Source of the DNA: Paraspadella gotoi
Taxonomy: Eukaryota; Animalia; Chaetognatha
Assembly: GCA_051294375.1 (NCBI GenBank)
Contig: JBJCIZ010000239.1
Coordinates: forward strand, 1,940,581 to 2,004,580
Direction of reading: 5' to 3'
DNA: 64,000 nucleotides
Shown: one piece after another, positions 1-11,400 of the stretch
Layout of the letters: each line of letters opens with the position of its first letter
Numbering within the stretch: position 1 is the stretch's first letter
Position numbers and translations under genes: made by a program
Notes under the pieces: generated by a model
The model's input: only the letters and a program-made list of their open reading frames with translations
What the model was told of the DNA's origin: nothing
Databases searched by the model: none

Positions 1-2255
1 ATGTCGATTTTGGGACGAGTAGGCAAAAACTTTTCGATTTTCTGTCGCGAGATGTTGAAAGACGTGATAAAGTTTAAATAAATATCATTTAAAATTACAA
101 TTAGACATCGAAACTACTGAGAAAAGGTTGCGGGGGCAACGTTCCTCGACTTCGATCACCTTGATCGTTTGCTCGTCGGCGAAATGATTTTCCGGAAACG
201 TGACGTCGAATTTGACGTAAAGATTTCCGCGTTCGTAAGGGTTTCTCAGGATGGGCATGCCCTCTCCCTGGACGATTTTCACGGAACCCGGGGAGATGAC
301 CTGTGGACGAATATAGGAAAAATGATGATAATGACCACTTCCCCCCCCCACCAGAATCGATTAACGACGGCGAAGCTCACCTCTCCAGGGACGTGAGTGA
401 CGACAATGTCGCGCCCGTCCAAATGTTTAAAGTTAATTTGAAAACCACAGAGAGCCTCCGTGATCCCGATCGAGAGACTCATCACCAGATCGTTGCCTTT
501 TCTGGAATGAAAAACAAACACTAAACGTGCGTTCCGGAAAAAATGAACAATTTTAAAATGTGTCCAACAGAATGACTTGGAACAACTAAAACTAGAATAT
601 GTTAAACGAATTAAACGTTCGAGAATCAATTGACTTTTATTCATTTAAGATAGCGAAATTAATATAAATAAAATCTATACTAGGAATAGGCTAAATAAAA
701 AAAAACTAAAAACGTTAAGTTACCGAACGAAGACGTCATGTTCCGTCTGTTGCAAAACGATGATGACATCTCCGGGATCGACGCCGGGCGACTGAAGAAA
801 GAGAAGATAAAAACTATGTACATCAACGAAAATACTTAACTTAAGATACAAAACTTACTAATCATAGTAAATCTCACCTGATCCCCCTCTCCCCTGAAGG
901 GAATCTTGTGCCCGTCCCTCATCCCCTTGTCGACGGGGACTTCGAGGATCTTGGTCTCCTGTACAGTCTTCTTCCCCTCGCAGGTGTTGCACCGATCCTT
1001 TTCGCTGATCATTTCGCCTGCGATGAAAGGGTTAGAGTTGAACCATGATATGATGGAAATACCCTTTTCTTTTTGTTTATTGGCCAATTAGCTTTTTTTT
1101 TTTAATTTAATTCCCTTTAGATTAATTAAATACATTACTTTACATTCTATTTACATTTACCATGAACCAAAAGTTATTCCGGATGCTACATTTTACACTA
1201 TTTCCTTTTACTCCATTTTCTATCATTTTTCCCCCCCTTTTATTTCATTTCAATTGTTACCATTTCATTAGGTTCTATTATTCTTTTCTCTTTCTGTGAA
1301 TTTCAATCTTCTTGCCTTCTCCATCTCACCTTCTCCTCTGCAATCGGGGCAGACGCTCTGCATCTGCTGCACCATTCCGGGTCCCAATTGCCGGATGGAG
1401 ACTTTGACGCCGCGACCCGAGCAAGTCTTGCAATTGACCACGGCGCCGCTCTTGCCTCCCTGCCCGTTGCACTTCTTGCAAATCACGTTTTTTCGCATTT
1501 GCAGTTTCGACAATTTCCCGTTGTAGAGGTCTTCCAAATTGACTCTGGAAGGAATCGATGTATGATCGAATAGTTAACTCGTTATTGACCAAGTCATTCA
1601 TTCACTCCTCACTTCAAAGGGTGCAGAGTGTCCTCTCCCTTGGTGGGTCGCCGCCTGCTCCTACCACCCATTCCTCCCATGCCTCCCATGCCGAAGGGCA
1701 TGCCGAAGAGACCGCCGAAGCCGCCGGGGCCGCCACCGCCGCCGAAAAGATGTTCGAAAATATCCGGCATGTCGCCGCCCTGCCCTCCTTCCCGGAGACC
1801 CTAAATAACGATCGAAAATACGCCACGTAAAGCAATGGGTAAAAAAAACAGTACTATATAACCTTATCTATTACTCAATAATTAATATTACTAACTTGAA
1901 GGCCGACTCTATCGTACATTGCTCTCTTCTCTGGATTGGATAAAATTTCGTGAGCGAAAGAGACTTCTTTGAACTTGTCTCCAGCGTTCGGGTTTTTGTC
2001 GGGATGTAATTCCTTGGCAAGTCGCCTGAAATACAATCGGAAATGTATTATTCAATATATTATAAACTCGTCGCTTTCTTTTAATATAAATGTAAAATTA
2101 TTCAGGGGATCCGAAATATATTTAGACCAAATTTAAACCGGGAAAGCATTCCAAAGTAAAAAAAAATTTTGAACCTACCTGTAGGCTTTTTTAATTTCTC
2201 CATCAGATGCGTTGCGCGAAACGCCTAAAAGGTCGTATAATTTATTGTCCGCCAT
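1..2255 (-). CDS. DNAJA2: DnaJ/Hsp40 subfamily A co-chaperone (DNAJA2-like), multi-exon, 3' end runs off the window
   Basis: Starts [17 protein letters not shown]; J-domain ELHPDKNP (exon ~1896-2026); G-rich linker; CxxCxGxG zinc-finger repeats ([32 protein letters not shown]); ALCGFQ and [18 protein letters not shown] motifs; short GT-AG introns. Confidence 0.93.
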
Positions 2256-2587
2256 GTTCCGTGAACTAGAGTCTAGTTGGATAAACGGCAAACCTACGAA
2301 ACCCGTAAAAAAAATCGGAATAATAATAAAAAATAATAATTCTCGGGCGATAGCAAAATAGATGCGGTATAGCTGCAACATAACATGCGAATAACCATTT
2401 TTAACAAGAATTTGTTTTTTTCAGCTTTGATGGCTTGTTTTTTTTAGCAAAAGGGGAAAAAAAATACCAAAAAACTAAGTGCACTTTGGCATTTGGAATG
2501 TTCATAGAAAGTTATATAGTTCACAGGAGTAAATAGTGTACAAGGCGGAAGAAAAGTTTTTGTTTCGTTTTTTTTTTTCTTCATGAT

Positions 2588-2631
2588 TCAAAGAAGAGTG
2601 CAAGGAACTTGGATGCCTCGTTTCGCCCTGA

Positions 2632-2668
<37 letters not shown>

Positions 2669-2925
2669 TGCGGATTTATTAATTAAACTTTTACAAATAA
2701 CCGATTTAAATTTATAGAATGAGTAAAACAATCAACGGCGACTCACTTCCAAGGGTTGTCCCGGTTGTTTCCAAATCCCATCAAGAGTCCATCGTCTCTC
2801 TTATTGGCCTCGCAATAATCCATCAGCTCTTGAAGGCAACGACTGACCTTCTTCCGGTCCAATCGCGCCTCCACTCGCAATTGTTCCACCTCCTTCCTCG
2901 TTCTCGCCACAAGGTTCTCTTGCAT
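2588..2925 (-). CDS. Heterotrimeric G protein gamma subunit, 2 exons (2925-2747, 2627-2588)
   Basis: KEVEQLRVEARLDRKKVS..LMDYCEANKRDDGLL..DNPW; after a GTGAGT..TCAG intron the frame reads KAKRGIQVPCTLL*, ending in a CaaX prenylation motif (CTLL). Confidence 0.92.
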
Positions 2926-3022
2926 TTTTAAAAATGTTTGTTAGCTTTTTTTGTTTTTAGTAATGTAGACTGTATAAATAAGAAAATAAAATTAAGGTGC
3001 GGAAAAAGTAAATGATCCACGG

Positions 3023-5119
3023 TCACGGTCCGTGAACGTAGTTAAAATTATCACCGAATTTATCGAAAACTTTTTGTTTTTCCAAAGAATTCAAAACGTT
3101 ATTCACGCGCTTCATGGTTGAGCGATTGAACAATTTCTTGTCGAGTCTAGAACGAACCGTGTCCCTGTTCGCTTTTATGTTGGTCACGTTCGATTCCGGT
3201 TTAGACTTTTTCCCTTTTCCCTTCCCTTTACCCTTTTCCTTTTTTCCTTTATTCATTTTCCTTTCCACGAACTTGGATCCCAAGTCTCGACCGGTCTGAG
3301 CCTCGATGTCCCTCAACAACTCCGCGTCCAACCAAGGACGAGTCTCCGCCTCCCCTTCATCGCCCTTCTGGCTCCCCTCGACGAGCCTTTCTGCCTTCGC
3401 CGCCTCCTCTTCCCGCAGCCTTTCATCGAGCGGCAGACCTTTAGCGTCCCGCGGAACGATGACCCCGTGAAAGGGACACTTGACGCGATCCATGCGCGGG
3501 CAGAGTTTCCCGTTGGGCAGCGCCACGTTGCACTTGTGCTTGACGGGGACGAACTTTCCAGCGAAACTCATCTGCCTCATCTTGAGTCCCGCCTCGAGGG
3601 TCTTGGGCAGAGCGGAGTCGATCGAGTCGTCCGGACGCGGAGTCCAGAATCGATGGAGAGACTCGAGTCGATCGATCGACGGCGGCGAAGCAGACGGATT
3701 CTCGAAAAGATAATAGAGATCTTTGTCGTAAGGGATGACCGGGGCGTTGGAAGCGGCGCGGATCGAAGCGTTCGACGCCGCGCTTGTGCCGGGAACGTCG
3801 GAATCTTTGGAAGGTCCACTCATTTTTAACATTCGACGCCATTCGCCCGATTCTTTCATCTTTTTAATCGTCGCCTGTCGATCTGTCGGGTCCGACTCGG
3901 CCTCGAGTTTTCTTTTTTTCGGCCCGTGACTCACTAGTCGTTTAATGTTGTTATTAACTGTCGGCCTTTTGTCAGCTCCGCTCGTAGCTGTTTCCAAACC
4001 GTACTCCTTTCTCTTGTGCGGAGGAATGACAGGCTCGTATCCTTCTTTGTCTGTCGCGTCTTGAACTTCTTCGAAATCGTCGTCGTCATCATCATCCTCC
4101 TCATCATAAACTATCTCCTCTTTTCTCTCGATGTTCAACTGTTCGTATTTAGACACGGATTTGCTCAGCCTCTCTTTCAAATTAACCAACTCTACGATTT
4201 CCGCCTGCAATCCGTCGTTCTGCGTCAACGACTTCAACCATCCTTTCAACCGATTAATCTTTTTCCGTTTCAAATCCCGCGCTATCTCGTCCATCTTTCT
4301 AACCAGATCTCGATTGTCCTCCGATTCTTTGACGACGTTCTTCGTCGCTGTGTCCAAATTCAACTCCAAGGAATAACCGACGCCGATTCCGTGACTTCGA
4401 TATCTTTCGTTTTCCGTGTCCATCTCCGAAGCTTGGAAATCCTCTCGCTCGAAACTAAACTCTTCGCACAAATCATTTACATCCGGTATCAGGATGGAAC
4501 AGGCGTTCTCTAACTCCGTCAGGCTCGATTCGATCTCCGCTCTCGAGCTCGCGATTTGCTCTCTCGTCCGCTCCAACCGTTCCCTTCTTTGCTCCCGTCT
4601 TCGCTCCTCTTTCATCTTCGCCAATTCTACGGCGATTCTATTTTGATCCGTCACGTTCCTAAAGTCCACCTTGTGACAGTTATTCAAATAGTGATAAGCT
4701 AACGAGAGACGCTTGTAGGCGTGGCCGAACTTCTCGTGCCACTGGTCCATCGCCACGATGGCTTTGACCTTCAAATTGGCCGCCGCTTCCTTCGGTGGCG
4801 GAAGCGGGCGAGAGGGTTCGACTTCGAAAACGAGTTGGATAAAAGATTTGAGATTATTGACGAGCAAAGAACGAAAAGAGTGAGAGCGACGGAATATCTC
4901 GTCTATAATCTGAAATGCCGACAGTCGAATCTCGCTGTGTTCCTTGGCTAACTGTTTCGTGACTAATTTGTAAAGGATTTTCACGTTTTCGTTGGATTTT
5001 TTGCAAATTTTTTTCGTCCGTCGAATTTTGGAATCGTCGAGAACCGGACAGCCGGACAGAGTCATTTCTTCCACCAAAAGTTGTAAAACTTCCAAATCGG
5101 ATGGGAGATCGTCGGCCAT
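3023..5119 (-). CDS. UVSSA: UV-stimulated scaffold protein A (transcription-coupled repair), single exon
   Basis: N-terminal VHS-like HSEIRLSAFQIIDEIFRRSHSFR; DDDDDFEEV..KEGYEP; C-terminal zinc finger CNVALPNGKLCPRMDRVKCPFHGVIVPRD; ATG at 5119 (MADDL) preferred over the ORF-track start. Confidence 0.93.
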   Translation of the reverse strand: MADDLPSDLEVLQLLVEEMTLSGCPVLDDSKIRRTKKICKKSNENVKILYKLVTKQLAKEHSEIRLSAFQIIDEIFRRSHSFRSLLVNNLKSFIQLVFEVEPSRPLPPPKEAAANLKVKAIVAMDQWHEKFGHAYKRLSLAYHYLNNCHKVDFRNVTDQNRIAVELAKMKEERRREQRRERLERTREQIASSRAEIESSLTELENACSILIPDVNDLCEEFSFEREDFQASEMDTENERYRSHGIGVGYSLELNLDTATKNVVKESEDNRDLVRKMDEIARDLKRKKINRLKGWLKSLTQNDGLQAEIVELVNLKERLSKSVSKYEQLNIERKEEIVYDEEDDDDDDDFEEVQDATDKEGYEPVIPPHKRKEYGLETATSGADKRPTVNNNIKRLVSHGPKKRKLEAESDPTDRQATIKKMKESGEWRRMLKMSGPSKDSDVPGTSAASNASIRAASNAPVIPYDKDLYYLFENPSASPPSIDRLESLHRFWTPRPDDSIDSALPKTLEAGLKMRQMSFAGKFVPVKHKCNVALPNGKLCPRMDRVKCPFHGVIVPRDAKGLPLDERLREEEAAKAERLVEGSQKGDEGEAETRPWLDAELLRDIEAQTGRDLGSKFVERKMNKGKKEKGKGKGKGKKSKPESNVTNIKANRDTVRSRLDKKLFNRSTMKRVNNVLNSLEKQKVFDKFGDNFNYVHGP

Positions 5120-5463
5120 TTTGTCACTGACACTTTTAAACGAGTCTAAAGATGTAAATGAGAAAAAAAGAAGAGAGATCAATATTTAGAATTAACTTTG
5201 GGTAAATTATAACGTGCGATTCGTATCAAGATTCATATCAATGATATCACGAAATATATTCTTTTATAAATTAGAATGTTTATTGGCAACTAGACTAGTT
5301 AGAGAAGTTTATCTGTTAGAGTGTAAAAATTCAACAACTAGCCCCAAGCGTACGTCTTTGAACAAAAGATATTGTACGACTTACAATCAACAAAAATATA
5401 TGCCCAATTCCATAGCACCAAATATAACAAAATAAAATTGTAAATAGACAAAATGTGGTCCGA

Positions 5464-6618
5464 CTAGGATCCGGTAGCGTTCAAGAAATCCTCGATCAAC
5501 TCCATCACGCTTCCATCGCCTCCAATTTTTCCATCCTCCTTGCAATCCCCCTCCGCCTTCAAATACTGAACGAGAATGGCGACGTTGCCGGTGTGTTTCA
5601 AAAAAGTAAAGGCTTTAAAGATGGCGTAGAAATCGTTTTCCGCCCTTTGCAACAGACGCTTCATGCAGTTGATGTCCTGAACGACTTTGAGTTTGAAATC
5701 CTCGACGATTTTCCTGACGGCGACGGGATTCTTCGTCTCTTCCTCCGCGTTGAACCCGCTCAAGATCGTTTGACTCCAGTAGCGACAGAAAAAGGTCAAC
5801 TTCTCCTCGGGAAAGTCGACCCGAGGATCTCCGAAGCGGATCGTCACCTCCGACTGGACGGGTTTCGAAATTTGGAGGAGATTCTCGAGGCTGCAGGCTT
5901 TGACCAGTTTGGCGACGTCTTCTTCGTCCTCCGGAGCGAACCCGACGAAACGCACGGGCACGCCCAGCATGGCGCAATGCAGCAGATAAGGCAGAGTCTC
6001 CGTCGAGAGCGCCAGCGCTCTCGCCACGTATTCCACGCAACTCCGCCGCCAGTTTTGAACTCGCTCCGTCACGACCGTCTCCAATCCTTCGAGGTTTTTG
6101 TCCAACACTTCCGTCAGTCGATCAGCGTAGGCGTCCAACTCGGATTTGAACAGCTCCAACTCTTGAGGAACGGAGGACACGAAGGAGATCAAGAATCCTT
6201 TGGTTTCACCGCCATTTTCCTCTTCCTCCTCCTCCTCCTGCCGCCGCACCCACTCCGGCGCGACGACGCAGTAATAAACGGACAGCGTCGTCTTCGTCTC
6301 GTCGGGATTTTCCAAGGAGATCGACGAAACGATCCCCGTCCCGTTTTTAACTGCGGCGCCTCTGTTGATGCGTCGAGTGAGAAACTCGCGAAGGGCGATC
6401 TCGTCCGAGCCGTTGAGGCTGGAGGCGAGAACGGAAAGGACGTGAGCGGGCTCGTCATCCGCGATAAAGTTCGAGGGTTGGAGCTGAGAAAATTTGGTGC
6501 CGATTTGGTAGAGGGCGTAGTAGCGACGGTTGGTAGGGGTGGGTTTATCGGTGGTGGTGGCGGCGGAGGTGGCGATTGGGGATTCGCCCTTTGATTCGGG
6601 GTCGGGAAGATCTTTCAT
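5464..6618 (-). CDS. C17orf75: Njmu-R1 / C17orf75-like protein, single exon
   Basis: LELFKSELDAY, LPYLLHCAMLGVPV and FKLKVVQDINCMKRLLQRAENDFYAIFKAFTFLKHTG resemble recalled Njmu-R1 blocks. Confidence 0.8.
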   Translation of the reverse strand: MKDLPDPESKGESPIATSAATTTDKPTPTNRRYYALYQIGTKFSQLQPSNFIADDEPAHVLSVLASSLNGSDEIALREFLTRRINRGAAVKNGTGIVSSISLENPDETKTTLSVYYCVVAPEWVRRQEEEEEEENGGETKGFLISFVSSVPQELELFKSELDAYADRLTEVLDKNLEGLETVVTERVQNWRRSCVEYVARALALSTETLPYLLHCAMLGVPVRFVGFAPEDEEDVAKLVKACSLENLLQISKPVQSEVTIRFGDPRVDFPEEKLTFFCRYWSQTILSGFNAEEETKNPVAVRKIVEDFKLKVVQDINCMKRLLQRAENDFYAIFKAFTFLKHTGNVAILVQYLKAEGDCKEDGKIGGDGSVMELIEDFLNATGS

Positions 6619-6799
6619 TGTTTTTTGTTTTTTTTTGGTTGTCGTTAGATTTTTGATTTTTTTTGTATTCTAAAACGACATAAAAAATAACATTAAAAAA
6701 AAGAACGATTTGGACTAGTACAATTTCGGACTAAAGGTTAAGCTCTTTCTCTCTATAATTTCATCCATAAAAACTCGAGGGTTTTGGATTCCCAGCCAA

Positions 6800-8329
6800 T
6801 TAAACGTTCGGTTCGGCGGGCGACGAAAACGTCATTCGATCACCACCGTCCCGGGCATCCCCGCCTCCCCCTCCAGCCTCCCTCGATTTTCTCGTCAGCC
6901 TCAACATCTCCTTCACCTCCGTCACCTTCTCCCTCGGCTTCCCCACCTTCGCTCCTTCCGCCATCTCGAATTCGTTTATCGTTTCCCAATCGGTGAAGCC
7001 AATCACGTCTACTTTCCGCTCGTTCGTCAACTTCCTCAGACCCTCGGCGCCGAGGAGAGTCGACGCCTCGATCTTCGCCAAATCCTCGGCGACGTTTTTC
7101 CCAGTTTCGACGGCGTCGTTCATCGTCGTCGCGATGACGCCGGTCGGTCCTCGACGCACCCATCCGCTGCAATAGAGGCCGGTAGCGCCGTCGATTCGGC
7201 CTCCGACGTTCGGAATGACGCCGCGTTTGGGATCGAAAGGAATGTCTTTGTCTATAAGCACGCTCTTGTATCCTATACTCTTAACAACAAGTCCGCACGG
7301 AATCTCTAAAACTTCTCCGGCATCATCCGGCTCTGCCCGTTGATCCTCGCTCGGAGGTCCGACGAGCTTGTTTCGCCCGAAGCGGATCGCCCGGACGCGC
7401 CCTTGGTCGTCACCGAGAATCTCCGTCGGGCTAGAGAGAAAGAGGAATCTCGCAGAGTTTTTCGCTTCCTTCGTTTTGTCTTTGGCGACTTTCAAGAGCA
7501 ACTCGGTCAATCGTTTTTTCGGTCGCGGGATTTGATCCAGCTTTCCCTCGATCAACGCCAGTTGTTCTTTGCCCGGGTCGTCCAAACTGGTGCAACAGTC
7601 CGGCAAATTAACCATTTCTCGGAATTCCTTGATGGTGAAGGCGACTTGGCGAGGTCCACGCCGACCGACGACGTAAACGTTACGAATATTGGAGTTTTTC
7701 TCGATGGCCTCAAGGGCGTGGCGCGTGATGTCCGTCTCTCGCAAACTCTTCACTGGACTGAGAAGGACTCTAGCAATGTCAAGTGCCACGTTTCCTTGCC
7801 CGACGATGACGGCGTTCTCCGAGGATCCAAGATCCGGCCCAAGGTCCGTGTCCTCGGGAACGCCGTTGTACCATCCGACGAAGCGTCTCGCGGGAATGAC
7901 GCCCTTCAACTCCTCCCCGGGTACGCCCAAGTCTCGATCGGCGGCGGCGCCGTATGAAAAGACGATGGCATCATAGAGAGACCGGAGTTCCGCAACGGAG
8001 ATGTCCTTTCCAACTTCAACGTTGCCCCAAAAGGCGCAGCGCGCATTTTGCGCCGTTTGGGTGAAAGTGGAGATGACGTTTTTGACTTCGGGGTGATCGG
8101 GCGCGACGCCGAAGCGGACGAGTCCGAAAGGGACGGGTAGGCGTTCGAGGATGTCAACGCGGGCGGAAGGGTGAGTCTTGAGGATGGCTTGGGCCGTGTA
8201 GAACCCGGCCGGGCCAGCGCCGACGACGCAGACATGAGGGGAAGAGAGGGGCGGGGCTGAATGGAAGGCCCGACGTAAATAGAAGCGTTTGTCTCGAAAT
8301 CTGATGCAACGCACAATGAGACGGTGCAT
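6800..8329 (-). CDS. FDXR: NADPH:adrenodoxin (ferredoxin) oxidoreductase, mitochondrial, single exon
   Basis: Arg-rich presequence; VVGAGPAGFY FAD motif; PFGLVRFGVAPDHPEVKNVI; GQGNVALDIAR NADP motif; SGWVRRGPTGVIATTM; GKPREK. Confidence 0.97.
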   Translation of the reverse strand: MHRLIVRCIRFRDKRFYLRRAFHSAPPLSSPHVCVVGAGPAGFYTAQAILKTHPSARVDILERLPVPFGLVRFGVAPDHPEVKNVISTFTQTAQNARCAFWGNVEVGKDISVAELRSLYDAIVFSYGAAADRDLGVPGEELKGVIPARRFVGWYNGVPEDTDLGPDLGSSENAVIVGQGNVALDIARVLLSPVKSLRETDITRHALEAIEKNSNIRNVYVVGRRGPRQVAFTIKEFREMVNLPDCCTSLDDPGKEQLALIEGKLDQIPRPKKRLTELLLKVAKDKTKEAKNSARFLFLSSPTEILGDDQGRVRAIRFGRNKLVGPPSEDQRAEPDDAGEVLEIPCGLVVKSIGYKSVLIDKDIPFDPKRGVIPNVGGRIDGATGLYCSGWVRRGPTGVIATTMNDAVETGKNVAEDLAKIEASTLLGAEGLRKLTNERKVDVIGFTDWETINEFEMAEGAKVGKPREKVTEVKEMLRLTRKSREAGGGGGDARDGGDRMTFSSPAEPNV

Positions 8330-8464
8330 GGCCGAGTTCGTTCACGTTAGTTTGTTCATTTTTTAAACAAAAATTAAAAACACATCTGAAGAGAAAATAA
8401 CAACTTGAGTTAGAAAGCAATAACAAGAAACAAAAAAAAAAAAATAACAAAACAAAAAAATGAA

Positions 8465-11400
8465 CTAGTCTGATAGAAGTTTGATGCATCGACTGCAAAA
8501 ATCAACAACGGCGGATATTTTGCAATTGGAAACTTTGCCTTCGAGAATGACCGTGACGAGGGTCTTCAATTCGGGCATTGCCCAAAACCTGATCGCCGAA
8601 GACAAGATATCCGCTTGACTAGAAAACCCATCGACGTGGGAATCGAAAAAATACAAAGTTAAATCCACGGACAATCTCGATAAGTTTTTGTAAACCGATG
8701 GAGAAACGTCGTCCCTGTTACGACACGTGTCGTAAGCGGTGAGGAAGAGTCGATTGATTTTGTGGCCGAGCGAGTCCCAGTCGGTCCCGTCGCTATGGTA
8801 ACCACGTCGCACGATCAACGTTTGAAAAGTTTCTTTGAAAGAGATGAGAATCTCGGAGGCCGTGGATCGAGTCTCGTCGTGGACGATCTCGTTGCCGGGA
8901 ATGACGCTCGTCTGTTCCGGTTCCGGCGAAGGTTTGTTGACGTTTTTGTTCAGCTTATCCCATTCGCCGCTCAACTCTTTTTCGAAGTATTTGAAATCGA
9001 GGTAAGTGGCGACCCAGGACTCGACCTTTTCGACGGACGTTTGGAGGCTGATCGTCACGGAAAATTCCACGATCTTCGCGTCCAACTCGGGAGACAGGAG
9101 AGAAGGCAGAATGGATTTGATTTCCTCCGAGCAAAATGGTTCGGCGAAGGTTTTACGCTCGGTCTGCAAGCCGCACACGAGAGCGGCGACCTCCGTGGCG
9201 ACGAATTGGGAAGGCTGGGAGACCGGCTGCGTTCCGGACGAAACGTTGGAGAAGCGTGCTCGAAGCTTCTCTTTTCCTCCGGGCAACAAGGTCGTCTTGG
9301 CGAAATGTTTTAATCGTTTGATGCATTTGGAGGAGACTCTCTCCGCCACGAATTCCACGCTCTTTTTCAACGACGCCTGGTGCAGAGAAAAGAAGCTTTC
9401 CCTGATGGAGCGATGCAGTTGCTTCTCGGAATTCCCCGACGGGGTCGATCTTTTGCTCGGCTCCTCGTTGAACGACATGGAAAGTGGAGTGATCTTCCTC
9501 ACCGTCGCTCCGGCCGCGTTGGAGCAATTTCGTTTGTTGGTCCCGGAGGAGAACTCGGCGAATTTCGCTTTGATTTCGTTGAGAAAGGAGAAAGAGTTGG
9601 AGAAGAATTTATCGCCGATGACCGGAGAAGCGTCGATGCCGGAGAAGCGAAAGTCTTTTCTTCGAGGATTCGGAGGAAAGACTTCGGGATATTCCAGATT
9701 CAAAACGTCGAAGACCCAACCGATGGTGAAGGTCAAGAGGAATTGATTACGAGGCGGAAGAATTTGAGCCCCGCGATTGCTCAACCTGACGGAAGAGTGG
9801 AGCTCCTTGAGGCGACGAAGGATCTCCAGTGCCGGGGACATTTTGAGAGAGACGGCGTCCATTTGAGACAAAAAGGCCACGATCCATGGCAAGTTGAGCA
9901 CGAGCCTTCCTCTCGACATGGAGTCGTCCAACTTGCGAGAAAAGAAGTCAACGGCGCCGTCGGTGGAAGAAGATTGTCGGAGATCGAGCAGCTCGGCTTG
10001 GATGGCCGAGGGCAGCTTGGTCGCGGATCGATAGGGCAAGAATTTTAGAAAACCGTAGAATTTAGCGAGGATTGTGAGTTGTGTCAGAGTCGTGGAGAGT
10101 TTGTCGGAATTTTCCTCGGATTCGTCCTCGCTCTCTTCGTCGAAATCGTCGAGGGAACCTTCGAGGCAAAGGATCTCCGCGTGGATCGAGTCGCTCAGGA
10201 GTCGGTTGAAGGAATCGCAGTCGGCGACGACGACAAAGTCGCGGAAGAACTCTTGGATGCCGGAAAATGCCGGCGGTGGCGCCGGTCCGAGTCGGACGGC
10301 CGGCTTAACGAATCTCTCCTTCAGCCTATTATACTTTTCTGGATTCGTGCGGCGCATGTCGCTGAGAAGAGCGTTGTCCTCGACGGCGGAGTCGCCGAGC
10401 GAAGAGGCGCCGCCAGGATTCGTGGCGCACATCAGCAGCAGCTGGGATTTGAAGAGGCGAGCGAAATGAACACGGGTCGCCAGGTATGGGTATGTGCTGC
10501 GGACTAAGGCGCCGATCTTCGATCCCATCGCGTCCCAGATCGTCCACCCGGCAGAGGCGTGGGAGTCCTGCCATTCGCGGAGAAGTTCGTAGAAATTGTC
10601 TCGTACTTTTTTGAAATGATGAAAAGATCTGTCGCAGGTGAAGTTGGATCGATCGTCAGTTTCAGGTTGGAAGGGGACGCCGGGCGTGGAATGAATCGAA
10701 AATAGGCCGAACTTGGACGTCGTCAGCGACGTCTCGTGATCTTCGCGAGTCTTGAGCTTCAAAGCCTCGAGATGCTCGAGAAGCGCCGGCTCGAAGGCGG
10801 CGATTCGTTTGTTATCGGCGATCAGTTTGACGGCAGCGCCGTCGAAGATTGACAGAACTTCCTTGATCAAAGACAAAGTCTTGACGGCGAAGAAGACGAT
10901 GTTGTGGATGGAGTGAAGATAAGATTGGGTCTCCAACAGCAGTTCGGCCACCGAGTCGCTCAAATCTTTCGCCACGTGACAGGCGGTGACCAAATCAGCG
11001 AGGTAGTAGATCTCCGCGGCCAGATTCGTTGCCAGGCCCTCTCTCAAAATTGAGCCGTAGAGGGAGGCGAGTCGGGCAAGTTGGTCGACCTTCGTCACCT
11101 TCGAGAGGACGGCGTCTTCGAACTCGGGGCCCGGAGACGATTGCACCGACTTGAGCGGCGTGGACGAGGCGCTGGGCAGGTCGGGCGGCTCGTTGACAGA
11201 CTTATTCTTCACCGGCGTCGTGAATCCACGAGAGGACATGTCGGGCTTGGTGGGAGTGAGGAGCGAGTTAGTTCCTTCGAACGTCGCCAGAGAATTGACG
11301 CTGGAACTCGGGGCGATCAACGAACTGCAGTTGGACAAGGTGGAAACGTCGGCGTCGCTGTCGCCGAAGGCCGAGTTGTTCGCTAAAGGTGGGACGTTTT

